Shown here piece by piece: positions 37,210 to 45,775 of a DNA stretch of 53,544 nt; position 1 is the first letter of the stretch; each line of letters starts with the position of its first letter. The translations under genes and the position numbers were made by a program. This stretch comes from an uncultured bacterium (GTDB lineage Bacteria; Myxococcota_A; Polyangia; Polyangiales; Houyiibacteriaceae). The stretch is taken from the NCBI GenBank assembly GCA_965369435.1, contig CBDURI010000001.1, positions 1 to 53,544 on the forward strand, written 5' to 3'. The notes below the pieces were generated by a model that saw only the letters and a list, made by a program, of their open reading frames with translations, was not told the origin of the DNA and searched no databases.

Positions 37210-39202
37210 GCTGGCGGTCCACCAGGTCGATCAAGTCACTCATGATGTTGTTGAGCTCGAAGTCTTTGGGCGTATAGACCGCTGCGACCCCCGCGCGACG
37301 AAGCCGCTCGGCATCCACCTCGGGAATGATGCCACCGGCGACGACCGGTATGTCGCCAAGCCCCGCTTCACGAAGCCGCTCCACCACGTCGGGCACGAGC
37401 GCGAGATGTGAGCCGCTCAGGATGCTGAGGCCGATCAGGTGAACGCCTTCCTCGAGCGCGGACGCGACGATCTGCTCTGGCGAGACTCGAATACCCTCGT
37501 AGACCACATCGAAACCGACATCGCGTGCCTTGATGGCGATTTGCTCTGCGCCGTTCGAGTGACCGTCGAGCCCGGGCTTGCCCACCAGCAGCTTCGCGCG
37601 TCTTCCCATCCGTGCTTCGAGCTCATCGAGCCGCTTGCGAAGCCGAGCGACAGTTTCAGCGGCGGGTCCGGACCCAGAGGCCTTCACGGTAGCGCCCGCC
37701 ACACCGGTCGGTGCACGGTACTCGCCCCACACCTCACGAAGCGTATTGGCCCACTCTCCGGTCGTCACGCCCGCATGTGCGGCTGCAATCGACGGAGCCA
37801 TCAAGTTCGCGTCGGTCTTAGCGACGCGTTGTAGCTCGCGGAGAGCCTGGTCGACGGCCGCGTCGTCTCGGTCTGCTTTCCAGCGAGCGAGCGCCGCGCG
37901 TTGGCCGGCGTCGACCTCGGGATCGATTGTGAGGATCGCCTCGTCGAGATTCTCGGTAAGCGGGGAGGGCGCGCCTTCGACGTACTTGTTGACGCCGACG
38001 ACGACTTGGTCGCCGCTCTCGATCGCGCGAAGCCGCGCGGCATTGGACTCGACGAGCCTCTGCTTGATGTACCCGCTCTCCACGGCTTCAACCGCGCCGC
38101 CGCGCTTCAAGACCTCTTGCACCTCGGCCCATGCAGACTCGACGAGATGCTGCGTCTGCGCTTCGACGACTTCGCTACCTTTGAACAAGTCGGCGTACTC
38201 GAGCAGATCGGTCTCGTAGGCGAGGATCTGTTGCGCGCGCAGCGACCACTGTTGGTCCCATGGGCGTGGCAGGCCAAGCGCCTCGTTCCAGGCTGGAAGC
38301 TGGATCGCTCGCGCTCGCGCGTCCTTGCTGAGCGTCACCGCGAGCATTTCGAGGACAATTCGAATCATGTTGTTCTCGGGCTGTTGCTCGGTGAGACCCA
38401 GGGAATTCACCTGAACGCCATACCGGAAACGCCGCTGTTTCGGGTCGGTGACACCGTAGCGCTCTCGAGTGACGCGGTCCCAGAGCTCGACGAATGCCCG
38501 CATCTTGCAAAGCTCTTCGACGAAGCGAATGCCGGCGTTGACGAAGAAGCTCATGCGTCCGACTACGTTCCCGAACTCGCTCGCAGGCACGCGGCCCGTC
38601 GCCTTCACCGCGTCGAGCACGCCAATGGCCGTGACCAGCGCGTAGGCCAGCTCCTGTGTCGGTGTCGCGCCTGCTTCCTGCAGGTGGTAGCTGCAAACGT
38701 TGATCGGGTTCCACTTGGGAACATCCTTGACCGTGTAGGTGATCAGGTCGGTGATCAGCCGCATCGAGGCGGCGGGCGGGAAGATGTGGGTGCCGCGGGA
38801 AAGGTATTCCTTGATGATGTCGTTTTGCGTCGTTCCGCGCAGGACGCTCGGGTCGACGCCCTGGTCCTCCGCGGCGGCCACGTACAGCGACAACAGCCAC
38901 ACCGCCGTCGCGTTGATCGTCATCGACGTGTTCATCTGATCGAGAGGCAATCCGTCGAAGAGCGCACGCATGTCGCCAATGTGCGAAACCGGAACGCCGA
39001 CCTTGCCGACCTCTCCGCGGGCAAGCGGATCGTCCGCGTCGTACCCAGTCTGAGTCGGCAAATCGAATGCCACGCTGAGGCCCGTCTGGCCCTTGGCCAG
39101 GTTGGTCCGATACAGCGCGTTGGACGCGGCCGCCGTGCTGTGGCCCGAGTAGGTCCGCATGATCCACGGTTTGTCGCGCTTCCGCTTGCCGTCCTCCGCC
39201 AT
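37196..39202 (-). CDS. ecm: ethylmalonyl-CoA mutase (MeaA-type, fused B12-binding domain)
   Basis: RDKPWIMRTYSGHSTAAASNALYRTNLAKGQTGLSVAFDLPTQTGYD matches the MeaA/Ecm N-terminus. The C-terminus has a B12 domain (GLDGHSNG). The neighbouring meaB and ccr support the call. Confidence 0.85.
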   Translation of the reverse strand: MAEDGKRKRDKPWIMRTYSGHSTAAASNALYRTNLAKGQTGLSVAFDLPTQTGYDADDPLARGEVGKVGVPVSHIGDMRALFDGLPLDQMNTSMTINATAVWLLSLYVAAAEDQGVDPSVLRGTTQNDIIKEYLSRGTHIFPPAASMRLITDLITYTVKDVPKWNPINVCSYHLQEAGATPTQELAYALVTAIGVLDAVKATGRVPASEFGNVVGRMSFFVNAGIRFVEELCKMRAFVELWDRVTRERYGVTDPKQRRFRYGVQVNSLGLTEQQPENNMIRIVLEMLAVTLSKDARARAIQLPAWNEALGLPRPWDQQWSLRAQQILAYETDLLEYADLFKGSEVVEAQTQHLVESAWAEVQEVLKRGGAVEAVESGYIKQRLVESNAARLRAIESGDQVVVGVNKYVEGAPSPLTENLDEAILTIDPEVDAGQRAALARWKADRDDAAVDQALRELQRVAKTDANLMAPSIAAAHAGVTTGEWANTLREVWGEYRAPTGVAGATVKASGSGPAAETVARLRKRLDELEARMGRRAKLLVGKPGLDGHSNGAEQIAIKARDVGFDVVYEGIRVSPEQIVASALEEGVHLIGLSILSGSHLALVPDVVERLREAGLGDIPVVAGGIIPEVDAERLRRAGVAAVYTPKDFELNNIMSDLIDLVDRQHAAE

Positions 39203-39347
39203 TCGCCGGTCCTTTCCTCTGCGATTTGCCCGAGGGGGCAGAAGCCTACCTCGTTTTTGGCGTTGCTTGCGTTCTAGGCTCGCGTGACCGTTGCGGTGCT
39301 CTTTACAGCTTCACACGGTCGAGCCCGGTGTCCTTTGGATTATCATA

Positions 39348-39371
39348 CGGCTGCTGGGGGTCAAGCAGCCG
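39348..39371. promoter_or_regulatory. perfect 8-bp inverted repeat CGGCTGCT-N8-AGCAGCCG in the ecm/regulator divergent intergenic region
   Basis: Read directly from the sequence. It lies 66 nt upstream of the regulator ATG and 146 nt upstream of the ecm ATG. Function as operator or stem-loop is unproven. Confidence 0.4.
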
Positions 39372-39436
39372 GAAACGCAGCTTTTCCTTGGTTTGTGGGC
39401 CTGGTGGATCTTGTAAATTTGCGGTAAACGGCTCGG

Positions 39437-40942
39437 ATGGCGGAAACGAACGCAGCGATGGGGCAGCGTTTGCGGGAGCTACGGCTACGGCGGGGCCTTC
39501 AACAGAGCGAGGTCGCGCGCCGCCTCAAGATCTCCCCTGCCTATTTGAGTCTCATCGAGAAGGGCAAGCGCGTCGTGCAGCTGCCCCTGCTGTTTCAAGC
39601 GCTCGAGCTCTACGGCGTCGCGGTCGAAGACTTCATGGGGAGCCTTGGCGAGCGTCGGGTCGACGACGGCCTTGCGCGACTGCTCGACGAGCCCTTGTTG
39701 CGTTCCCTCAACCTCAGCGAGGACGACCTGGCCAGCATCAGCGCCGAGCCGCGGATGGTGGCCACCATCACAGCGCTGTTCAATCTCTACAAGAATACGC
39801 GCAGTCAGCTCGACCATGTGATGGCAAGCATCGCGCAACGCGAGCGACAGGGCGACGATGACTCCGTTCGCTTCGATTACAGTCCGTACGACGAGGTGAC
39901 GGACTTCCTCGAGCAGCACGCCAACTGGTTCGAGCAGCTCGAAGAACGCGCGCAGCAGTTTCGGCGCGACTGCGGACTGGGCCGGCGCGTCACGAGCGAC
40001 GACCTCGAGCGTGGGTTGCTAGATCAGGTCGGCGTGCGCGTACACCGAATGCCCGAACGCACCGATAGCTCGGTCATCCGCATGTGGAATGCCGACGAGC
40101 GGATTCTCACCGTCTCGGGCGACTTGTTTGAGCAGCGGTTGAAGTTTCAGCTTGCACACACGATCGCGCTCGGCCTCTTCGACGAGGAAAAGCTCCACAA
40201 GCCGATCCTCGAAGGGTACAGCGGCCAGCACTCCGAGACCCGGAAGCTCATCAAGATCCACCTTGCCAACTACTTCGCTGGCGCGCTCCTGCTCCCCTAT
40301 CCAGATTTTTACCGCGAGGTGACCAGCACTCGGCACGACGTCGAGCTCCTCGCGCAGCTGTTCGAGTCGTCGTACGAGACCGTGGCCCACCGGATGTGCA
40401 ATCTTTCGGACCCGCGGCGCCGCGGCGTCCCGATGCACTTCCTGAGGGTCGATGTCGCGGGCAACATCTCTAAGCGCTATTCAGGCGACGGGATTCGGTT
40501 TCCGCACCAAGACGGCTCTTGCCCCAAGATGGCGGTGCACCTGGCGTTCCTGACCCCCAGCGTGATCACCAAGCAATATTCGTCATTTCCAGACGGATCG
40601 ACGTATTTCTGCTTCGCCAAGGTCGTCAGCGAGCCGCAACAGGGTTCGCTCGTCAAGGGCACGACCTACAGCATCGGCCTCGGCACCCACGCGGACGACG
40701 CCAAGCACTTTGCATATGCCGACGACCTCCCGTTCGCGGACCCGAAGAAGATGTCGGTGCCCGTTGGAACGACCTGCCGGTTCTGCGAGCGCACCGACTG
40801 CAACATGCGGTCCGCCCCAAGCTACAAGTTCGCCTTCCGCGTCGACGAGTACACCAAGAAGGACAACTTCTTCTCGCCACTCGTCCGTCGGGACTCGGGC
40901 GTCGTCGTGGAGAAGTCGGCTCGCCGCAAGCCAACGCCGTGA
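39437..40942 (+). CDS. ScfR-type (PccR/RamB/PrpR-like) short-chain acyl-CoA responsive regulator: XRE HTH plus ImmA/IrrE-like plus DUF2083
   Basis: The N-terminal HTH is GQRLRELRLRRGLQQSEVARRLKISPAYLSLIEKGKR. A central peptidase-like domain follows, then the C-terminal Cys motif CRFCERTDCNMR typical of this family. Confidence 0.75.
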   Translation: MAETNAAMGQRLRELRLRRGLQQSEVARRLKISPAYLSLIEKGKRVVQLPLLFQALELYGVAVEDFMGSLGERRVDDGLARLLDEPLLRSLNLSEDDLASISAEPRMVATITALFNLYKNTRSQLDHVMASIAQRERQGDDDSVRFDYSPYDEVTDFLEQHANWFEQLEERAQQFRRDCGLGRRVTSDDLERGLLDQVGVRVHRMPERTDSSVIRMWNADERILTVSGDLFEQRLKFQLAHTIALGLFDEEKLHKPILEGYSGQHSETRKLIKIHLANYFAGALLLPYPDFYREVTSTRHDVELLAQLFESSYETVAHRMCNLSDPRRRGVPMHFLRVDVAGNISKRYSGDGIRFPHQDGSCPKMAVHLAFLTPSVITKQYSSFPDGSTYFCFAKVVSEPQQGSLVKGTTYSIGLGTHADDAKHFAYADDLPFADPKKMSVPVGTTCRFCERTDCNMRSAPSYKFAFRVDEYTKKDNFFSPLVRRDSGVVVEKSARRKPTP

Positions 40943-40966
40943 TATGGTCGCGCCCCGGAGGTTCAC

Positions 40967-41452
40967 ATGCCGTCGTTCGATGTCGTTTCCAAAATCGACC
41001 AGCACGAGGTCGACAATGCCCGTAACCAAGCGAGCAAAGAGATCGCTCAACGGTACGATTTCAAGGGTACGGACAGTAAGATCGAGGAGACCGAGGACGG
41101 GATCGTCATCCGGGCGAACAGCGAGGGCCGGATAGACGCGGCGCGCGATGTGCTCGAAAGCAAGATGGTCCGCCGCAAGGTGTCCCTGAAGTCGCTCGAT
41201 GCGCAGACGCCCCAGCAGGCAGGCGGGCAAATGTGGCGACAGCTCATCAAGCTCAAAGAAGGCGTGTCCAAAGAAAAAGCCAAGGAAATCGTCAAGGAGA
41301 TCAAGGCTGGCAAGCTCAAGGTGCAGGCCTCGATCCAGGGCGACTCGGTGCGGGTGTCCGGCAAGAAGCGCGACGATCTGCAAGACACGATTGCGTTCCT
41401 CAAGGAGCAAGACTTCGACCTGCCGCTTCAATACGTGAATTTCCGAGACTGA
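40967..41452 (+). CDS. yajQ: YajQ-family (UPF0234) nucleotide/c-di-GMP-binding protein
   Basis: MPSFDVVSKIDQHEVDNARNQASKEIAQRYDFKG is the near-invariant YajQ N-terminus. Length is 161 aa, and GGAGG precedes the ATG. Confidence 0.9.
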   Translation: MPSFDVVSKIDQHEVDNARNQASKEIAQRYDFKGTDSKIEETEDGIVIRANSEGRIDAARDVLESKMVRRKVSLKSLDAQTPQQAGGQMWRQLIKLKEGVSKEKAKEIVKEIKAGKLKVQASIQGDSVRVSGKKRDDLQDTIAFLKEQDFDLPLQYVNFRD

Positions 41453-41463
41453 GGCCCTTTGCT

Positions 41464-42327
41464 TTGACGCAGACGAAACAAGAGTTCGTGGTCGGGTATC
41501 AGGGCACGGAGGGCGCCTATAGCCAGCTCGCTGCGAAGCATCACTTCGCGCGGGCAGGGGTGCGGCTCCGCTGCGTCGGCTACCACAGCTTTCGCGAGAT
41601 GCTCGAGGCGGTGAAAGCGGGCGAGGTCGATGTCGCGGTGCTCCCGATCGAGAACTCTATCGCAGGGTCGATCAACGACAGTTACGACTTACTGGCGGAC
41701 ACGGGGCTCTCCCTGGTTGGAGAGGAGTTTCAGCCAATCGCGCATTGCCTGATCGGCGCAGCGGATGTGCCGGTGGCCGACATTCGCCGAGTCTATTCGC
41801 ATCCCGTCGCGTTGGCGCAGTGCGGCGAGTTTCTCGAGACGCTCGAGGATTGCCACGTCGAGGCGTTCATCGACACGGCCATGGCCGTCGAGCGTGTCAA
41901 ACGGGACGCCGACCCGACGCAAGCTGCCATCGCCAGTGAGGAGGCGGCCGCGCTGCATGGGCTGCCGATCCTGCGCCGAGATATCGCCGATCATCCGGAG
42001 AATTACACGAGGATGGTGATGGTCGCCCGGGAGCCAGCGCACCACGAGCAAGGCGTGCATTGCAAAACATCACTGATCTTCTCGACGATTCACGAACAGG
42101 GCGCGTTGGCGCGGTGCATCGCGATCTTTGCTGAACGGGGTCTGAATCTCACGAAGATCGAATCACGGCCCAAGCCGCACACTCCATTCGAGTATGTCTT
42201 CTACGTCGATTTCGAAGGCAACGTCGATCGCGAGACGACACAGGCCGCGCTACGAGATCTGGAAGGGGTCACGACCTTTCTCAAGGTGCTCGGCTCCTAC
42301 CCAATCGGCCGCACTAACGCGCGCTAG
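41464..42327 (+). CDS. pheA: prephenate dehydratase (PDT plus ACT domains)
   Basis: YQGTEGAYS, LPIENSIAGSI and the TKIESRPKP ACT-domain motif are present. The start is uncertain: TTG 41464 or GTG 41488. The ORF-track start 41233 overlaps yajQ. Confidence 0.85.
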   Translation: MTQTKQEFVVGYQGTEGAYSQLAAKHHFARAGVRLRCVGYHSFREMLEAVKAGEVDVAVLPIENSIAGSINDSYDLLADTGLSLVGEEFQPIAHCLIGAADVPVADIRRVYSHPVALAQCGEFLETLEDCHVEAFIDTAMAVERVKRDADPTQAAIASEEAAALHGLPILRRDIADHPENYTRMVMVAREPAHHEQGVHCKTSLIFSTIHEQGALARCIAIFAERGLNLTKIESRPKPHTPFEYVFYVDFEGNVDRETTQAALRDLEGVTTFLKVLGSYPIGRTNAR

Positions 42328-44645
42328 CTGGCGACTGCTGCTGCGACGTGGGCTAGTCTGGTGGCGTCGCTCTCGAGGCCCGCTGCGAGGCAGGTCGTCG
42401 AAACCACTTTCAAGGCGGCAGCTTCGCCTTGCCCGTCCTCTTGGTCGCGGGCGGCGGCGAGGGCCTCGAGTGCGTCGATCATCGCGTCACGCCCTCGTCC
42501 GCGGGCCAGCTGCAGGCACGCCGACGCGATCGCGATCCGGATCATGGCCGCCGGCGTTTGATGGGGACTCTTCTTCGCGGCTTCGAGAGCCCGCTTCGCC
42601 GCGGGGACGTCTTGGCGGGTCACATACGAAACCACGCGTAGGCAGTGGGCTCCGGTCAGGTCCCCGCCGCCTGCAATCGAAGACTCGATCAAGGCATCGA
42701 ATTTGTCATGGTCTCGTGCCTTGAGCGTCCGCACGAGCTCGTCGGCCGGATTCTCGAGTTCCGCCTCGGGGATGGGAATCGTTGGCCTTTCCTCTTGTTC
42801 GTCCTGTGGCGGGCCTGATGGCAGACGTACCGCTCGGCTGATCTCGGAGGCGACCTCGCGCGTCTCGGGGTCGGGTTGATACTGCACCGCCGCTGCCGCC
42901 AATCGTACCGCCGCGTTGGTGTAACCGTTGTCGGCGGCGAGGGAGCCGGCTTCGAGAATCGCGTGGGCTCCCCGGGCCAGATCGCCGCCTTCGCAAAGGT
43001 AGGCGCCGACGGTGGCTGCCATCGAGGGGCCGATCAGTGGTTCGGCGGTGTGAAGGGCTTGCGCGACGAAGCGGTAGACCTCGGTCCGTCGGGCCGGCGG
43101 CATGCGTTGCACCACGGCCCTTCGCAGGAGCTCCGAGTCGGGCTTGGCGTCGGACGTCAGGAGCCCGTCGTTGACTAGGGCTTCGAGAACCCGTTGCCGC
43201 GTGCTCGTTGGTATTCCGTCCAACGCGACAGCTGCGTCGACGACCTGCGCGGACGACGCGGGGAGGGCGGAGCACGCGATCTCTAGGAAGCGCATCGACG
43301 ATGTGTCGAGCGTCGCGAAGCGCTCTTCGAGCAGAGCCCGAGGTCCGAGGTGCTGGCGTCGTTCCGCGGACTCGTCGCGCCACATGAATGTGCCGCCCTC
43401 GTGCACGATGTCCCCTGTGGCGATCATGGTTCGCGCGGCCTCGGTGATGCCCAGCACCGTCGTCCCGCCGCTGATGACGAGCTGTGTGGCGATCTCCGCG
43501 TTGGTATCGGGTCCGAGGATTGCGGACGCTACGACCAGCGCTTCGTTCGGATCGAGCGCGGGGAGGTCGATTCTCGCAGCTCGTGGCAAGCCCCGCAGGC
43601 CCGCAGGAACACGCGACCCCGTCGTTCGGACACAGAGCATGGCGGCCACTGTCTCGTCCGCCAAGGCCGCGCCAATGACCCCGAGCGTGGCTGGGTCGAC
43701 GGCGGAGACCCGGTCGATGTAGATCCACGGAATTCCGTGTTCCGATTGCAGTGCGCGGAGGGTCGTCTTGAGCGCGTGGATCGTCGCCCCACGTGGGGGA
43801 GGGGTCGCGCACGCGATCGCCTTGAGGGCGTCGGCTACACCGGGCTCGGCGCTCTTTAGAGCTTGCCGTGTCGGTTCGAGCGTTCGCCATGCCTTGAGGA
43901 GCGCGAGGCGCAGCCCGCCGAGCGGTTCGAGCCCTCCAGGTACCGCCCCGATTTCCAGGAAGGCAGGTGGCCGAAGCTCGTCACGCAGCGCAAAAATCCC
44001 TGCGCGCGCGCCGACGCCGAGCTCTCCCATCAGATAGAACACAGAAGTCTGAGCTCTCGCGGCGGCTCCCTTCATCGGTTCGAGGGCATGGCGGATGCTC
44101 GCCGGAACGGGTGCCGGCTGGAGCAAGCCCACGGCCTGTCTGCATTCTTCGAGCAGTGGGCGGCTTCGGTCGATGGCCTCGCCGTGCAGCGCAAACGAGG
44201 TTGTGCTGACGGAGCGCCCAAACAGATAGGTCCTCGACGCGGCTTCGCGAGATTCGACGTCGAGAACGACTTCGCCGGCGCGCGCCTGGTTCGCCAGCAA
44301 CTGCGCGCGATCGATCGCAGTTCCGCTGTTGGTGAGATGACCCGCGTCGTCTTTGTCCCTTTGAATGTCACCGCTGGCGATGCCAAACGCAATGGGAAGC
44401 CCACCGGCGGGCACAGGCTGTGACTCGGCTTCCACGAGCAGTCGCAGGGTCATGTTGATAGCGGTCTTGAGCTCGTGAAGAGCGAAGTTCGCGACGACGG
44501 TGCCTGCCAGCGACGAGATCACCTCGCCCCCCCCGGCTTGCACTTCGTTGGTGACATACCGCGCCCACTGTCCGGCCGCAGCCGTGGTCTCCTCTTCTTC
44601 GAAGGCGGGAGGGAGGATCCTGTGCCAGAGGACGAAACGTTCCAT
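42324..44645 (-). CDS. cyclase-homology-like / AAA_16 (STAND)-like / helical-repeat protein, both catalytic signatures degenerate
   Basis: N-terminal residues 1-150 follow the class III cyclase block order (GGEVISSLAGTVVANF, IAFGIASGDI, GTAIDRAQLLANQARAGEVVL). Then MGELGVGARAG sits where the Walker A GExGxGKS occurs, and IYIDRV sits where Walker B occurs. The C-terminal half is Ala-rich helical repeats. Confidence 0.7.
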   Translation of the reverse strand: MERFVLWHRILPPAFEEEETTAAAGQWARYVTNEVQAGGGEVISSLAGTVVANFALHELKTAINMTLRLLVEAESQPVPAGGLPIAFGIASGDIQRDKDDAGHLTNSGTAIDRAQLLANQARAGEVVLDVESREAASRTYLFGRSVSTTSFALHGEAIDRSRPLLEECRQAVGLLQPAPVPASIRHALEPMKGAAARAQTSVFYLMGELGVGARAGIFALRDELRPPAFLEIGAVPGGLEPLGGLRLALLKAWRTLEPTRQALKSAEPGVADALKAIACATPPPRGATIHALKTTLRALQSEHGIPWIYIDRVSAVDPATLGVIGAALADETVAAMLCVRTTGSRVPAGLRGLPRAARIDLPALDPNEALVVASAILGPDTNAEIATQLVISGGTTVLGITEAARTMIATGDIVHEGGTFMWRDESAERRQHLGPRALLEERFATLDTSSMRFLEIACSALPASSAQVVDAAVALDGIPTSTRQRVLEALVNDGLLTSDAKPDSELLRRAVVQRMPPARRTEVYRFVAQALHTAEPLIGPSMAATVGAYLCEGGDLARGAHAILEAGSLAADNGYTNAAVRLAAAAVQYQPDPETREVASEISRAVRLPSGPPQDEQEERPTIPIPEAELENPADELVRTLKARDHDKFDALIESSIAGGGDLTGAHCLRVVSYVTRQDVPAAKRALEAAKKSPHQTPAAMIRIAIASACLQLARGRGRDAMIDALEALAAARDQEDGQGEAAALKVVSTTCLAAGLESDATRLAHVAAAVAS

Positions 44646-44808
44646 TGCGATGACCCGTTTACCCGCGCCCGAGCGCCGACCTTGTGCCCGCCACCGTCTG
44701 AAAGATCCCCATGCTCCCCTCGCAAGGGCACGATCCCACGCGCACAGCCCCCTGTAAAGGGACTGACGTTTCTCGACTTCTGACTTCCGATCGTGCTAGC
44801 TGGCAATC

Positions 44809-45774
44809 ATGTTGAAGGGGGCACACATCCTGCTGACCGGGGGCGCAGGGTTCATCGGGACCGCGCTGGCTGCACGATTGGCCGAGGACAACCACATCCG
44901 GGTGCTTGATATCCTCCGGCGAAACGCGCTCTCGAAGGCCGGTCTCGACCACCATCCGAACATCGAGCTCGTCGTCGGCGATGTTCGGGACATGACCGCT
45001 GTTCGCAGGGCGGTCACCGGCTGCGACTACGTGATCCACATGGCGTCGATCGCGGGGGTCGACACGGTCTTGAAGAACCCGGTCATGACGATGGAGATCT
45101 CGCTGGAGGGCACCATGAACGTCCTTCGCGCAGCCAACGATTGCACCGGCATCAAGCGGGTCCTCGATTTCTCCACCAGTGAGGTGTTCGGTTCCTATGC
45201 GTTTCGCGTCCGGGAGGCTGATGTAACCAGTCTCGGTGCGGTCGGCGAAGCCCGATGGACGTATGCCGTCAGCAAGCTCGCCACCGAGCATCTCGCGCAC
45301 AACTATTGGAAGCAGTTCAACCTCCCGACCGTTTCGATTCGCCCGTTCAACATCTACGGGCCGGGGCAGGTCGGCGAAGGTGCGGTGCACGCGTTCGTCG
45401 TCCGGGCTCTCCAGGGTGAGAAACTACTCATTCACAACGAAGGCGATCAGATCCGCTCGTGGTGCTACATCGACGACATCATCGAGGCGATTTTGCTTAC
45501 GATGGAACGCGACGAGGCTGTTGGCGAGAGCTTCAACATCGGAAATCCGCGAAGCACCGTCACGATTTACCAACTGGCACAGCTGATCGTCCGCCTCACC
45601 GAGAGCAAATCCCCAATCGAATTCGTCGAGTGGGACTTCCCGGACGTCGAGCTTCGCATTCCAGACGTGAAGAAGGCCGAGAAGCTCCTGGGCTTCCGGG
45701 CACACGTAGAGCTCGAACAGGGCCTGCTCGCCACCATCGACTGGTACCGTCGCAAGCTCAGCGGCGAGGCCTGA
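44809..45774 (+). CDS. NAD-dependent epimerase/dehydratase (extended SDR)
   Basis: TGGAGFIGTALAARL (Rossmann) and YAVSKLATE (YxxxK) are present. Length is 321 aa. Sugar-nucleotide specificity is unknown. Confidence 0.85.
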   Translation: MLKGAHILLTGGAGFIGTALAARLAEDNHIRVLDILRRNALSKAGLDHHPNIELVVGDVRDMTAVRRAVTGCDYVIHMASIAGVDTVLKNPVMTMEISLEGTMNVLRAANDCTGIKRVLDFSTSEVFGSYAFRVREADVTSLGAVGEARWTYAVSKLATEHLAHNYWKQFNLPTVSIRPFNIYGPGQVGEGAVHAFVVRALQGEKLLIHNEGDQIRSWCYIDDIIEAILLTMERDEAVGESFNIGNPRSTVTIYQLAQLIVRLTESKSPIEFVEWDFPDVELRIPDVKKAEKLLGFRAHVELEQGLLATIDWYRRKLSGEA

Positions 45775-45775
45775 A

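Noticed and set aside
44717-44761. Two small CCCT-N4-AGGG hairpins (44717-44728, 44750-44761) in the cyclase-like/epimerase divergent spacer.
   Set aside because: Four-bp stems are expected by chance in GC-rich DNA. No further similarity or conservation could be assessed.
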